A DNA stretch of 64,000 bases from NCBI GenBank assembly GCA_002269645.1, contig NIVC01002106.1:62001-126000 (forward strand), given 5' to 3'. The notes beneath the pieces were generated by a model that saw only the letters and a list, made by a program, of their open reading frames with translations, was not told where the DNA came from and did not search any database. The position numbers were made by a program, and so were the translations under genes. This document shows positions 23,301 through 59,068 of the stretch, piece after piece (within the stretch, counting starts at the first letter, position 1; each line of letters begins with the position of its first letter). The stretch is from Macrostomum lignano. Its lineage: Eukaryota.

Positions 23301-25797
23301 AGAATCGCCCCTGAGTCTCCCAATGAGAATCGCCCCTGAATCTCCCAATGAGAATCGCCCCTGAGTCTCCCAATGAGAATCGCCCCTGAATCTCCCAATG
23401 AGAATCGCCCCTGAATCTCCCAATGAGAATCGCCCCTGAATCTCCCAATGAGAATCGCCCCTGAGTCTCCCAATGAGAATCGCCCCTGAATCTCCCAATG
23501 AGAATCGCCCCTGGATCTCCAAATGAGAATCGCCCCTGAGTCTCCCAATGAGAATCGCCCCTGAATCTCCCAATGAGAATCGCCCCTGAGTCTCCCAATG
23601 AGAATCGCCCCTGAATCTCCCAATGAGAATCGCCCCTGGATCTCCAAATGAGAATCGCCCCTGGATCTCCCAATGAGAATCGCCCCTGAATCTCCCAATG
23701 AGAATCGCCCCTGAATCTCCCAATGAGAATCGCCCCTGGATCTCCAAATGAGAATCGCCCCTGAGTCTCCCAATGAGAATCGCCCCTGAATCTCCCAATG
23801 AGAATCGCCCCTGAGTCTCCCAATGAGAATCGCCCCTGAATCTCCCAATGAGAATCGCCCCTGGATCTCCAAATGAGAATCGCCGTTGAGCTTTTCACGA
23901 CAGTGGTTTCTCTATTTAATACTCCTTTTAACCCGACTCCGCGCCAAATTCCAGGTGCGCACGCTGATCAACAACGCTGGCCAATCCATCCAGTCCATGC
24001 AGCGGCCCGGCTCCGGCTCCCGCACTCTGCTGTCCAACCATCAACTGCAGCAGCAACAGCAGGTGCTCAGCTACAAGCCTATCGAAGATTTCAATCTGCC
24101 CGACGATGATGAGTATGACGTCGTCGGGTCGACCGCTACCTCAGCCGCCCCATTGCCGCTGCACCCTCTCCCAAACCAGCATCGGCACCCGCTCCTGCGC
24201 CCGCTCCGGTCCCCTCTCAGCCAGCAGTTGGCCGCCTATTAGACCTGGACGATGACGCTAGTGACGGGGGTCATGCCGCCGAAAACAGCTCGCCAGTTGC
24301 TATGCGGCACCGGGCTCAGTTGGGCGAAGATCCCGCAGCTGGCGCGGTGGCCGATGCTCTTCACGTAAGCTGGCGCGATTCTCATGGGAGATTCAGATGG
24401 GGTTCTTATGGTAGATTCCGGGGCGATTCTCATGGGAGATTCAGATGGGGTTCTTATGGGAGATTCCGGGGCGATTCTCATGGGAGATTCCGGGGCGATT
24501 CTCATGGGAGATTCCGATGGGTTCTTATGGTAGATTCCGGGGCGATTCTCATGGGAGATTCAGATGGGGTTCTTATGGTAGATTCCACGGCGATTCTCAT
24601 GGTAGATTCCGGGCGATTCTCATGGGAGATTCAGAGGGGTTTTTTATGGTAGATTCCTCGGCGATTCTCATGGTAGATTCCGGGCGATTCTCATGGGAGA
24701 TTCAGAGGGGGTTCTTATGGTAGATTCAGAGGCGATTCTCGTAGATTCAGAGGCGATTCTCATGGGAAATTCGTGTGATTTAAAAATGGATATTCAGGGA
24801 TATTCTTTGCTTGACTTCAAGTCCTGTGTTTTAAGTAATTAAAAAGTATTTAGTTAGATTAGCTTCGCCTTTAAAACGTCGCTTCAGTTTCAAGCCAGCT
24901 CGGAGGCAAGTAGTGCTGCCCATACCGCTAAACCCTTGAGCGTATACTGTGCGCAGGCACACAGGGTGTACAGTCTATCTTAAAGTGGCGCCTTTCTGAA
25001 CTGAATTTCAGCTAATCTAAAGTGTGCCCGCTGCTAACAGATGCTGTCTTGCCTGTTTACTTTATTGCATTTGCATTCTGCTTACTATTTGGTTTCCAGT
25101 GCTTGTCATGGTATTTATTATATTGGTCCGCCCTTGCTGTTGTGTGTCCACACAGTTTCACTGCTATAAATTTATGTTCTTCGTAAGGTTTCTGGTTGTA
25201 GTTTGCTCAGCTCTGATCTGGGATCTAAAAGTGGGGACAGAGGGTGACCCACTGTGAGAATCTGGGATCTGTAAGTGGGGACAGAGGATGACCCACTGTG
25301 AGGATCTGGGATCTGTAAGTGGGAACAGAGGTGACCCACTGTGAGGATCTGGGATCTGTAAGTGGGAACAGAGGTGACCCACTGTGAGAATCTGGCATCT
25401 GTAAGTGGGGACAGAGGTGACCCACTGTGAGGATCTGGGATCTGTAAGTGGGGACAGAGGTGACCCACTGTGAGAATCTGGCATCTGTAAGTGGGGACAG
25501 AGGTGACCCACTGTGAGGATCTTGGATCCAAAGGAGGCGCATCCTAATTGCCCCCAACCACCTGACCTTGCGCAGATTCGCCTGAGCACGGTGGCGCCTA
25601 GCAACCAGTCGGCTCGGCCGCCGCCGCCCCGCTCTCAGCTGGCCATGCCGTCGCTGCGGCCCCGGGTTCACGAGGACCTGCTGGAGGCGTTCGGCGTTCA
25701 GCCCGAGGAGCTGGCCGCGGCCCCAGTCAGTCAGGAGTCTATCAGCTCGGAGGCCAGGGTCGGTCGGGTCAACTGGGAGAGCTTCTCGGAGGCGTGA
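17263..25797 (+). CDS. DENND1: DENN domain protein, DENND1/connecdenn-like (putative Rab35 GEF); join(17263..17339,17941..18248,19287..19732,21407..21879,23955..24364,25576..25797); two 1-bp deletions in this sequence
   Basis: SRLHPEAESSIFEVFYEL resembles the DENND1 N-terminus. Other matches: uDENN FTDLDSRLTF and SKNPWFEVFAELLN; cDENN LLYPFSWEHVLAPLL; dDENN QSQLFDEFCRRYL; clathrin box LLDLD; C-terminal WxxF (NWESFSEA*). Splice phases are consistent. Confidence 0.85.
17520..17870. repeat. 30-bp minisatellite AAATCCCTGGACTCAAATCCCAAATCACCA (DENND1 intron 1)
   Basis: Tandem units. Confidence 0.9.
17941..18248 (+). CDS. DENND1: DENND1-like exon 2 (uDENN)
   Basis: gattcag|G TAT GCA...PWFEVFAELLNSLA...G|gtgagt. 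Confidence 0.88.
18285..19277. repeat. 30-bp minisatellite GGGTTCTGATCCCAAATCATGGGATTTATG (DENND1 intron 2)
   Basis: Tandem units ending ~10 nt before the exon 3 acceptor. Confidence 0.96.
19287..19732 (+). CDS. DENND1: DENND1-like exon 3 (cDENN)
   Basis: acgcag|GC GAC...LLCEKKLLLIG...LLYPFSWEHVLAPLL...CAG|gttagt. Confidence 0.9.
19776..20368. repeat. 24-bp minisatellite GTAGTTTTGGATGCAGATGGAAGG switching to GTAGTTTTGGATGCAGCTAA(A/G)GAG
   Basis: Tandem units; the variant switch is near 20110. Confidence 0.96.
20497..21385. repeat. 31/35-bp minisatellite TGTGAAATGCTAATCTCAGTGCT(G/A)GTGTCAG (DENND1 intron 3)
   Basis: Tandem units ending ~20 nt before the exon 4 acceptor. Confidence 0.96.
21407..21879 (+). 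CDS. DENND1: DENND1-like exon 4 (cDENN end/dDENN), 1-bp deletion at G run 21649-21653
   Basis: ctcag|GTTGAG...FILIRLDTG...; after the frame change ..QLRPCLRRLCQSQLFDEF..CAG|gtcagc. The 473-bp length is one base short of a phase 0-0 exon. Confidence 0.85.
22020..23884. repeat. 25-bp minisatellite GAATCTCCCAATGAGAATCGCCCCT (DENND1 intron 4)
   Basis: Tandem units, more homogeneous toward the right. Confidence 0.97.
23955..24364 (+). CDS. DENND1: DENND1-like exon 5 (disordered tail, clathrin box LLDLD), 1-bp deletion near 24148-24151
   Basis: ttccag|GTGCGC...; the shifted frame reads PIAAAPSPKPASAPAP..GRLLDLDDD..CAC|gtaagc. The 410-bp length is one base short of phase 0-0. Confidence 0.75.
24373..24770. 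repeat. 24-bp-based minisatellite GGGGCGATTCTCATGGGAGATTCC (inverse of the intron 4 array)
   Basis: The unit equals the reverse complement of the 25-mer minus one T. Confidence 0.92.
25217..25520. repeat. 43-bp minisatellite (GATCTGTAAGTGGGGACAGAGGTGACCCACTGTGAG...)
   Basis: About 7 tandem units in DENND1 intron 5. Confidence 0.92.
25576..25797 (+). CDS. DENND1: DENND1-like last exon with WxxF motif (alternative in-frame acceptor at 25534)
   Basis: ctaat..ctgaccttgcgcag|ATT...VNWESFSEA TGA; AATAAA at 26317-26322. Confidence 0.75.
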   Translation: MRLSTVAPSNQSARPPPPRSQLAMPSLRPRVHEDLLEAFGVQPEELAAAPVSQESISSEARVGRVNWESFSEA

Positions 25798-25805
25798 CCT
25801 CGGTC

Positions 25806-25956
25806 ATTTCCCACCTGCTCACGTGTCAGTTGGTTGGTCATTGCCCCACCTGCTCACGTGTCAGTTGGTTGGTCATTGCCCCACCTGCTCACGTGTCAGT
25901 TGGTTGGTCATTGCCCCACCTGCTCACGTGTCAGTTGGTTGGTCATTGCCCCACCT
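25806..25956. repeat. 35-bp tandem repeat GGTCATTGCCCCACCTGCTCACGTGTCAGTTGGTT just after the DENND1 stop
   Basis: About 4 copies. Confidence 0.9.
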
Positions 25957-26719
25957 CCCTATCTGTCATTCACTGTCAATCGATCATTGTTCACCTGTCT
26001 CCAAGCGTTAGATATCGTGAAAAATTTAGCGTCTGCATTTCTTTCCAAGTTAGATATTACCTAACTGGTTATTACCTGATTGGTTTTCCTGCTTATGTAC
26101 CAGAGATGGCCATTTTATTTTAATCTGTCCGCATATACTCTACGTGTTTGAGTTGCTTGTCTAAGACTATAAAAAATTATTTTTGAAATCCCGTCAATTG
26201 CTGCAGAGTTTTGTCTCTAGTTGCGTATATAAGTACTGTAATAGACTAGCTCTCCTACTCCTCAAGTAACTCCTCAAGTAGTCAATACTGAGTGTCACGT
26301 TCGCTAGTCGTATCTTAATAAATGGTTTTTTATCATTTAAAAATTGTATTGCTTCTAGAACATTTTAATTGCTTCCATGCTAGACTCGGTAAGATTATTA
26401 TGTTAGAGATCCTTCTGACACGCTTTACTGCTGTTAGTAGTAAAATTTTAGTATAATGGATTTGTTTTTTATCTGAAAACTACTTTATTCTGTTTAGAAT
26501 ATATATGTAGTCCTACTACTCGTATATTGCTAACCATTTCCTCCTATGCGCTGTATTGTTTGGTTCCTAAGGCATGACACACTCCATCTTCGTATGATTC
26601 TGCTACAGTATATCCGATCTATTTATATGTTTGTGTGATTTTGTTTGCTTTTATCTCTGTGTTATCTTTCTATTACATATATCTATTCTAGCTTTCTCCG
26701 ATATCTGTTGTGCTCCTAC

Positions 26720-27285
26720 CTGAGCAGATAGATTTCTGCCTGAGCAAATTGGATTCCTACCTGAGTAGACTAGATTCCTATCTGAGTAGTTTGGATTCCT
26801 ACCTGAGTAGACTGGATTCCTACCTGAGTAGACTGGATTCCTACCTGAGTAGACTAGATTCCTATCTGAGTAGTTTGGATTCCTACCTGAGTAGACTAAA
26901 TTCCTATCTGAGTAGACTGGATTCCTACCTGAGTAGACTGGATTCCTATCTGAGTAGACTAAATTCCTATCTGAGTAGACTGGATTCCTACCTGAGTAGA
27001 CTGGATTCCTATCTGAGTAGACTGGATTCCTACCTGAGTAGATTGGATTCCTACCTGAGTAGATTGGATTCCTACCTGAGTAGACTGGATTCCTACCTGA
27101 GTAGACTGGATTCCTACCTGAGTAGCTGGATTCCTACCTGAGTAGTTTGGATTCCTACCTGAGTAGCTGGATTCCTATCTGAGTAGTTTGGATTCCTACC
27201 TGAGCAGATTGGATCCCTACCTGAGCAGATTGGATTCCCACTTGAGCAGATTGGATCCCTACCTGAGCAGATTGGATCCCTACTT
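26720..27285. repeat. 21-bp minisatellite GGATTCCTACCTGAGTAGACT between the convergent genes
   Basis: Tandem units; source of the SRLDSYL ORF. Confidence 0.95.
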
Positions 27286-28452
27286 GCGTTGGTTAAAGTG
27301 TTTGTTTCGCAATAATTTTATATTGCCGCTCTGCGCATCTGAATTAATTTACCTCTTAAATATTCTTGGCTTTTGCTCGGGTACCTCTTGTTAAGCATGC
27401 CTTTTAATTTTCGGCACAAATTTTGGATTGCAGCTATATAGTTATTTTTGCACTAAATAGTTAAGGATGAGCACTATTATGCTGTTTGGTCTGCATGAAA
27501 TATACGTACAGGCATCATGTATAAATGCCTTCCTTTCTGTTCTTGTCTTTCAGGTCTGCTGCAACACATTTCAACATAAGCCAGTTAGATTGCAGCTTAA
27601 AAACTGCGAGCCTTTTTCACTCAAAATTAGTTTATTAAAAAGTTAATGATGAAGTCCACATTTTGGCAGTGTGTGATGTTCACTGCTTGAATAAAAGGGA
27701 TCAGAATCAAGGTATTTTTTTGCATTGCAGCTAAATACAGCAGTGCTGCTTATAAACTATAATGTACTTAAGTAATCCTTTTCAGATAATTACAAATACT
27801 CGCTCTATACAGCAGGTCTCACCAGCAATAATATAAAATTAGCATGTACATATACTCTACTGTACGTAGACATAAATATTGGGTCGATGTAATTTACATT
27901 GAATAGCAGGGTATACAGAAAAAGTTCATCGATGCCATTATTGTATGCCTGTATGGACTATAAAAAAGAAAAAACAATAATTTCTGTCGGCATTACGATT
28001 TTTATTATTTGGGAAGGTTCATTTCGTGAAAGACGTTAATTGCCTCAGTCAGCACTCAGCAGTTTTGTACGGGATTCGAAGGGTCGGGGAACTAATGCCA
28101 TTACAAGTGTATTATCTGGCATGATGAGATTGCGAATCGTGTCTGCCTACCTTCATCTACATGTAATTGTTTGAGTCTATTTCGCTATGTACATTGACCG
28201 TGTACACCCGAAAGTCGCTTTCCACTCATATCTATCTTCCTATCCCCGAGATGTACACTAAGCTAATGTACTCTGGATAGTCCCCCACACCCCGCCCCAC
28301 CCCCGTTTTTCTTAACCACAAACCGCTATTGATTTTCTCTAACCCCCCCTACCCACTTCCCCCGTGTTCGCTTTCTTTAATTTTCTATTGTAGGCTCAGA
28401 CAGTAATTCACAACTTAATTCCAGAGAACAGCCTAGCCTGTATTTTAATTCG

Positions 28453-51262
<22,810 letters not shown>

Positions 51263-51284
51263 CTGCGATATAGAGTGGTTTGTT

Positions 51285-52045
<761 letters not shown>

Positions 52046-54324
52046 GGTCGCTGAAAGCTTGAGGTATTGATAAGTAACATTTGTAGTTGATACGAGAAGT
52101 TTATGTATACATTTATAATAAATCCGTTATTACTGACCTATTTCCATATTAATATTAATACGCGTTGTTCCTTTTTGAATTTCCGCAAAAAAAAGTTCTA
52201 AGAAATCCGAATAAACCAGTTAATTAGTACGTTATAACAGAACCTAAACTAACTGACAAACTTGATCATCAGCTATAACGCTTTGTTTGCTGCGTCGTAA
52301 CCCCGGGCCGAAATGAGGCCATGTGCAGTATAAGTGTACCGCCACCCCCCCCCCCTAGCTGGCTCGAAGAGGCAGAGCAGAAACTCAATAAATCAATACA
52401 TAATTCAGTAGGCAGCTGCAGCCCCTTCACTTTCAGAGCAGATTCCCATCAGCCTTGGCAGGTGAGGCTTGGCCTGCGAGGTGTTGATGAGGCATTGAGT
52501 TTTTCTCTCAAGATTCCTCATCTACCCACCCCCTCCGTTGGAGTCATCGATTGACAACACACACACGCGGCGGTGGCTCCGGCACCTTATCGGGAAGCTT
52601 TCGCTGGGCGCATTAAATAAAAAAGTAAAACGTGGATCGTATCCCCCTACAGCCTGAGCTCTGAGCTCTGTTTATTGCCGTCTGCCCGCTTCTAGCTGGG
52701 GTATTTGGTGAAAAACACGACAAAAAATAAAAAACCGGACCAGCCGTTATCCCCTTCCCGCCTCGGGGGAATTCTCCATCCGACCCAGCTTGTCCCAGCC
52801 ACCCCGCCTCCCCGCTGCATCCTCCAGCCTGCTGCTGCACAGTTCGGCAAGGGGAAAATTGATGACGTTAATCACGATGACGCAATCGAGGCTGGGACTT
52901 TGGCCAGTCCTGAGGAGCCTTCAAATCGAATTTCTCAATCATATAGTTCCCCCCCCCCAGTCACAGCATCCGCCGACCGGGCTTCATCAGTCAGACACAG
53001 ACAGCCAGCCCAGGTGGCTGTGAATGAAATTTCAGAGACGGGGCAGGAGCCCCCCTGTCTCTATCACTCTCGCTGCTGCCGCTCCAGACTTCAAAGTGAC
53101 TGGCCGCGCCCCTCTTCACGTCAAGTCTGGATGTTGAAGAAGGGCCTCAATTTAATCGGTTCTTAATTGTCACCGGAGGAACAGGGATTGTCTGTTGGGA
53201 TATTTTTTCCCTCAAATTTATCCATTCAACTCGGGCTTGCTCTCCGGAAAAGAGAAACGTGCGTCTGTCAGTTGGACCGCAAGCTGGGAACGAGGGATTT
53301 CAGAGAGTTGTAGACCGCTTCTGATCCCATTAAGGGATTACAGACGAGCAACAGGAGACTGGGGTCTTGAGGATTTCTGTGGACCCCCCCCCCAAACCAG
53401 TTCAATCGGGTCGAATCGAATAGCAGCCTCTTCTCTAATTAGTGCCTCCCAGATCCCCAAACAGGATGAAAGACTGAACAGCCCGAACTGTCCCCAAATT
53501 GGGATTAGGGTCCCCTACTGCTTTCCCGCCAGGCTATGGCTAGTGGAATATATGACGCAATCTGCTGGGAACAGCACTGCTCCAGACCCAATCAAACTGA
53601 TTGTTTCGTAAAAAAAGTCATATTTTTTCCAACCTTCACTCCATCCCTGATGAGCTCGCCGCCGTGTTGTCGTTGTCCAACTGAAATGAAGTTTTTTCTG
53701 GCGGCTTTGTCCCCAATTAACCCCAATCAGGCTTCGGTTTTGTCTGCTTATCGGCTAATAAAGATGGTCCACTTCCTGCTGCTGGGGCCCGCAGATTTTA
53801 ATCCTAATTTTTTGTGTGGAAAATTGGGAGTTTCTTCTCCTCAAATCCAGCACGATGCACCTGCTCCCCACCGGCTCGGCTGGGACTTAAGCGGCCGAAC
53901 ATCACAGAGGACTTTGAAACGAATTCCTCGAATGGCGAGCGTTGGCAACTAGGCGAGACGGATTATCAGAGGGGAGGCGCGGATTATCGGTTAAAAAGTC
54001 TCCATTTTCTCCGCTTTCCGGCTCGGTAAATCCCTTTACTAATTACTTGGCGAGCTTTCATATTGCCTACAGCATAGCAACTGGAGGTGAACAGGAAGCA
54101 GGTCAAAAGGATTGAAACTTTTTTTTCTGACTGGCTGTCTGATTGTGCAACCAAGGCGAGCCAGTGACGACTTAGCTCACTCTAAGAGCGTACATATTGT
54201 TTCGATTTTAACAAACAGAATCATTAAATCAAGTCGCCAACCTTCCAGACCATCGAGGTATTCAGCGAGCGGCTTTTCCAATCATTTCGAATTGTTTATA
54301 GTGATGTCGATCAACACTTTTCTG

Positions 54325-55035
54325 CATCATTCCCAGCATCTCCGACATCTCCAGCATCTCCGACATATCCAGCATCTCCGACATATCCAGCATCTCTGAC
54401 ATATTCAGCATCTCCGACATATCCAGCATCTCCGACATCTCCAGCATCTCCGACATATCCAGCATCTCCGACATATCCAGCATCTCTGACATATTCAGCA
54501 TCTCCGACATATCCAGCATCTCCGACATCTCCAGCATCTCCGACATATCCAGCATCTACAACATCTTCATCTACAGCATCTCCGACAGCTACAGCATCTC
54601 CGGCATCTCCAGCATCTCCGACATCTCCAGCATCTCCGACATCTCCAGCATCTCCGACATCTCCAGCATCTCCGACATCTCCAGCATCTCCGACATATCC
54701 AGCATCTCCGACAATCCCGACATCTCCAGCATCTCCGACATATTCAGCATCTCCGACATATCCAGCATCTCCGACATCTCCAGCATCTCCGACATATCCA
54801 GCATCTCCGACATATCCAGCATCTCTGACATATTCAGCATCTCCGACATATCCAGCATCTCCGACATCTCCAGCATCTCCGACATATCCAGCATCTACAA
54901 CATCTTCATCTACAGCATCTCCGACAGCTACAGCATCTCCGGCATCTCCAGCATCTCCGACATCTCCAGCATCTCCGACATCTCCAGCATCTCCGACATC
55001 TTCAGCATCTCCGACATCTCCAGCATCTACAACAT
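54325..55035. repeat. 18-bp minisatellite CCAGCATCTCCGACAT(A/C)T with a ~339-bp higher-order duplication
   Basis: Tandem units; the marker ACATCTTCATCTACAGC occurs at 54561 and 54900. Confidence 0.93.
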
Positions 55036-56379
55036 CTCCCACTCCATTGGGTTGGCCCACCCAATGAATGTGGCCGAGCACGGAAAGAACTAGGGGTCAT
55101 ATCGAGACTAGTCGAGAAAGTGCGACGCCATCCAGGTTAGCTTTTACACCTAACTGACAGGATAAGGCGTGAAACAATTCCCATTTTAGAATCGCTCCCC
55201 AAGAGCTCCCTGTCGGCTCGGGGAGGAGGGGGGGAGGAGAGCGGAAGGGCGGATGAAGGGAGGAATGTGAGAGGCTGCACGAGCCGCGGGTCAACTTGCG
55301 AAACGAAAGCAAAGCAATTAAGGGAATTGAAGGCTGACCCTCTGGCCAGATGAGGACCTCAACTCAACTTCTCTCTTTCCCTTGGTCCACAGACTGTATA
55401 AATGTATCCCAAATATCCCCAGCATTGGACAGCCGCCGCCTCTCCCACCCCCGCCCTTTCTCACGCAGTGGCACTTCGGTCGCAGGAAACTGAAGGCCTA
55501 GATTTGACTGAGCGATAAAAAAGCGTCAAGAGGGGTCCCCAGGGATGTGGGAAGTGGGAGAGAGAGAGAACAGAACTGAACCTTCTGACACGTTCCGTCA
55601 ATGAATAGAGAAAATGTTCTCCGAATGAGGGAATTCACCTGGCCATCATGAGAGATTCTCGATGAAATTTGTGACAGTTCGAACTGGCGGAGTTATAAGT
55701 GACAAAATAAATGATTCGACTTTCGATATGCTTTATTTGACTGGGAGAAGGTGACTACTGTTAAGATTGAGTGATAGGTGGGGGCGCTGCAGGCTATGGG
55801 ATCTACTGGGCACAATGCGTAGATTTTCCTGATAAGAACCAATCAGGCTTGAACTCTCTCACCGACTTCAACTCTGCTTCCAGTCCATGCATAATTCTTC
55901 CCAGATGAATTCCCGCTGATCTTCTAGCAGTCCTCTCCAGCCCCATCCTCTCTGCAGGAGGGCAACGGCCACCAATTTTCGACAGGTGGACGGCCGAGGG
56001 CCAAAAAATCCTCCCCACAGCCTCTCCGGAGCCACCCGAATAGCTCGCGAGGGTCAGTTCTTCACTTTTACACCGCAGCCTCATTAAGATAGAAAAAGAG
56101 TCTGGCCTTGCCGATGAACCTCTGCAGAACCTCTGCTTGTGCTTGAAATACTAAACCCACCTGAGGAAAATTTACCTCTTCTAAATTCAATCCCCTCTCT
56201 ATCAGCGACAACTGCTGAGGAATGCGAATGGGGGAGAATTCTTTCAAAACAATTTCCCCATCAAATTTCTCTGCAGTTTGAAGGATTGCGCAATCATGAA
56301 AACAGTTCTAACGGTAGTTTAGGGGTATTTAACTTAAAGTAGACTGTGGAAGAAATTAATGCCATGAATAGACAGGTGT

Positions 56380-56965
56380 GTCAGGAATAAAAATGAAATA
56401 ATAGAGTCAGCGAGTCTCTCGAAGAACAGGTGTGTCAGATGGTCATGAGTCATTGTGAGTCAGCGAGTCTCTCTGCATCTAAGCAGGTGTGTCAGACGGT
56501 CATGAGTCATTGTGAGTCAGCGAGTCTCTCTGCATCTAAGCAGGTGTGTCAGATGGTCATGAGTCATTGTGAGTCAGCGAGTCTCTCTGCATCTAAGCAG
56601 GTGTGTCAGATGGTCATGAGTCATTGTGAGTCAGCGAGTCTCTCTGCATCTAAGCGGGTGTGTCAGATGGTCATGAATCATTGTGAGTCAGCGAGTCTCT
56701 CTGCATCTAAACAGGTGTGTCAGATGGTCATGAGTCATTGTGAGTCAGCGAGTCTCTCTGCATCTAAGCAGGTGTGTCAGGTGGTCATGAATCATTGTGA
56801 GTCAGCGAGTCTCTCTGCATCTAAGCAGTGTCAGATGGTCATGAATCATTGTGAGTCAGCGAGTCTCTCTGCAGTCTGCACCTAAATCTAAGCAGGTGTG
56901 TCAGATGGTCATGAGTCATTGTGAGTCAGCGAGTCTCTCTGCATCTAAACAGGTGTCAGACGGTA
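56380..56965. repeat. 57-bp minisatellite (CAGGTGTGTCAGATGGTCATGAGTCATTGTGAGTCAGCGAGTCTCTCTGCATCTAAG)
   Basis: About 9-10 tandem units. Confidence 0.95.
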
Positions 56966-57451
56966 ATGAAATCATTTAGATCTTCACAGACTCAAAACAG
57001 GTGCAATGGCAAGCTGATGACTCAGAACTTACCGCTGACAGAAGTCCACACGAAGAGGTGCAGCAGCCAGACTTGACCAGGCATTGTTTGCTTGCGCAGT
57101 TGATACTCAAATACAATCTGCAATTTGAGGGGCAAATGGGGGCAGGAGGCTTTAATGCGTTATTGTTCATTTTTTGTCAGAGGCAGATAGTCATAAATTA
57201 ATGACTATTATTTTTCACTTGTCTGTGCTCATGCTCAGAGCTCTTAATTAAGCTGCCAATGCATTGACACAGGGTTTGGTTAGCGGGTTGGTCTGTGTAT
57301 TTAAAAAGTTTCTGAGTTAGCCAATGGTCTTTGTTAACTAATAATAACTAAAATTAGGCGTTGATTGACAAAGACCACTGAATATACTGTGACAAATACT
57401 CCGGAGGAGACAGTGGAAACGTGGGAGAGAATGTACTTGCTGCTTAGTAGT

Positions 57452-58218
57452 AGGCATGAGGAATGTTACAGATACTGTAGTAGACATGAGGAATGTTACA
57501 GATACTGTAGTAGACATGAGGAATGTTACAGATACTGTAGTAGACATGAGGAATGTTACAGATACTGTAGTAGACATGAGGAATGTTACAGATACTGTAG
57601 TAGACATGAGGAATGTTACAGATACTGTAGTAGACATGAGGAATGTTACAGATACTGTAGTAGACATGAGGAATGTTACAGATACTGTAGTAGACATGAG
57701 GAATGTTACAGATACTGTAGTAGACATGAGGAATGTTACAGATACTGTAGTAGACATGAGGAATGTTACAGATACTGTAGTAGACATGAGGAATGTTACA
57801 GATACTGTAGTAGATAATAGAGGCTGTAGTAGATAACAGAGGCTGTAGTATATAACATAGGCTGTAGTAGATTACAGAGGCTGTAGTAGATAACAGAGGC
57901 TGTAGTAGATAACAGAGGCTGTAGTATATAACAGAGGCTGTAGTAGATTACAGAGGCTGTAGTTTATAACAGAGGCTGTAGTATATAACAGAGGCTGTAG
58001 TAGATTACAGAGGCTGTAGTTTATAACAGAGGCTGTAGTATATAACAGAGGCTGTAGTAGATTACAGAGGCTGTGGTAGATAACAGAGGCTGTAGTAGAT
58101 AACAGAGGCTGTAGTAGATAACAGAGGCTGTAGTAGATTACATAGGCTGTAGTAGATAACAGAGGCTGTAGTAGATTACAGAGGCTGTAGTAGATAACAG
58201 AGGCTGTAGTAGATAACA
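57452..58218. repeat. Compound array: 30-bp GACATGAGGAATGTTACAGATACTGTAGTA (~12 perfect copies) followed by 19-bp GATAACAGAGGCTGTAGTA
   Basis: Two abutting tandem arrays sharing the CTGTAGTAGA core. Confidence 0.95.
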
Positions 58219-59068
58219 AGACTAATGCACCAAAGCCCGTGTAACAGAACTATTTTTAACTATCCTCAAAGCGAACCGCCTGGACATTTTGTGTGCAGTT
58301 ATGCACCTGGTCGATCGCATCAGCTCCACAGGGGTGGCTTGCCTCAGAAGAAGAAAATCTTGGAGTGCAGAAAAAAGCAGAATGCTCCAAAGAGAAAAAG
58401 GAGCCGATTAAATAAGAACCAGGCTGTCCCGCGTTCTGCAATTCCCATGATGACGTGCAGCTTCTCGAGATTTTCTCTTTACTCCGCTTCCAGAGCGGGA
58501 GCTCCACAATTTTTTCCTTTTGCACTTTCCGCTCGAAAATTAATCGTTAGAAAGATTTTGTTATATAGGCAGTTTCCACTGGCAGTATAAATTAACACAG
58601 CGAGTATTAGCTATTCGATATTAAATTTTCTAGTTGATAGATTGATGAAGGTAGAAAATTAAATCCGGAAGCTGGAATCGAAGTGTCAAAAATGTATGTT
58701 GATATTTTTTAAATTTCCCAGAACTGAATTTCTCGACTGTACTCGTATCCCGGTCAATGTCCCCGGGTTCGAATCCGCGTGGATCTGGGCAAACAAGCAG
58801 TTATGGTGCATTCAGGCAGCAGCTGGCCAAAGTCTCAGGCTGCGTGTGAACACAATCAACACGAGCCTAGCCTGTAGAGAGCAATTTAAGGCTTATAAAA
58901 TTTTATTAGACTCAAGCTCAACAAGGTCTCACAACTTCAGTCATGTGACTGCCTATAACTCTTCCCCAATGCCCCGATTTTCGTATAGAAAAAACTTTCA
59001 TTGGAGGCCGGGGGTTTCTCTGTTTAGCTTCACGTATTGTTCAGTATTATTTCATGCGATCAGCTGAT

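Noticed and set aside
18256-23898. Repeat ORFs such as VLIPNHGIYG, DADGRVVL and GDSHWEIQGRFSL (up to 442 aa)
   Set aside because: They lie within GT-AG introns of the DENND1-like gene and mirror the minisatellite periodicity.
57452-57813. CRISPR-like run of perfect 30-bp direct repeats
   Set aside because: The repeats are contiguous with no unique spacers, there are no cas genes, and the context is eukaryotic.
58761-58780. Isolated B-box GGTTCGAATCC
   Set aside because: No upstream A-box or cloverleaf; insufficient to call a tRNA or SINE.
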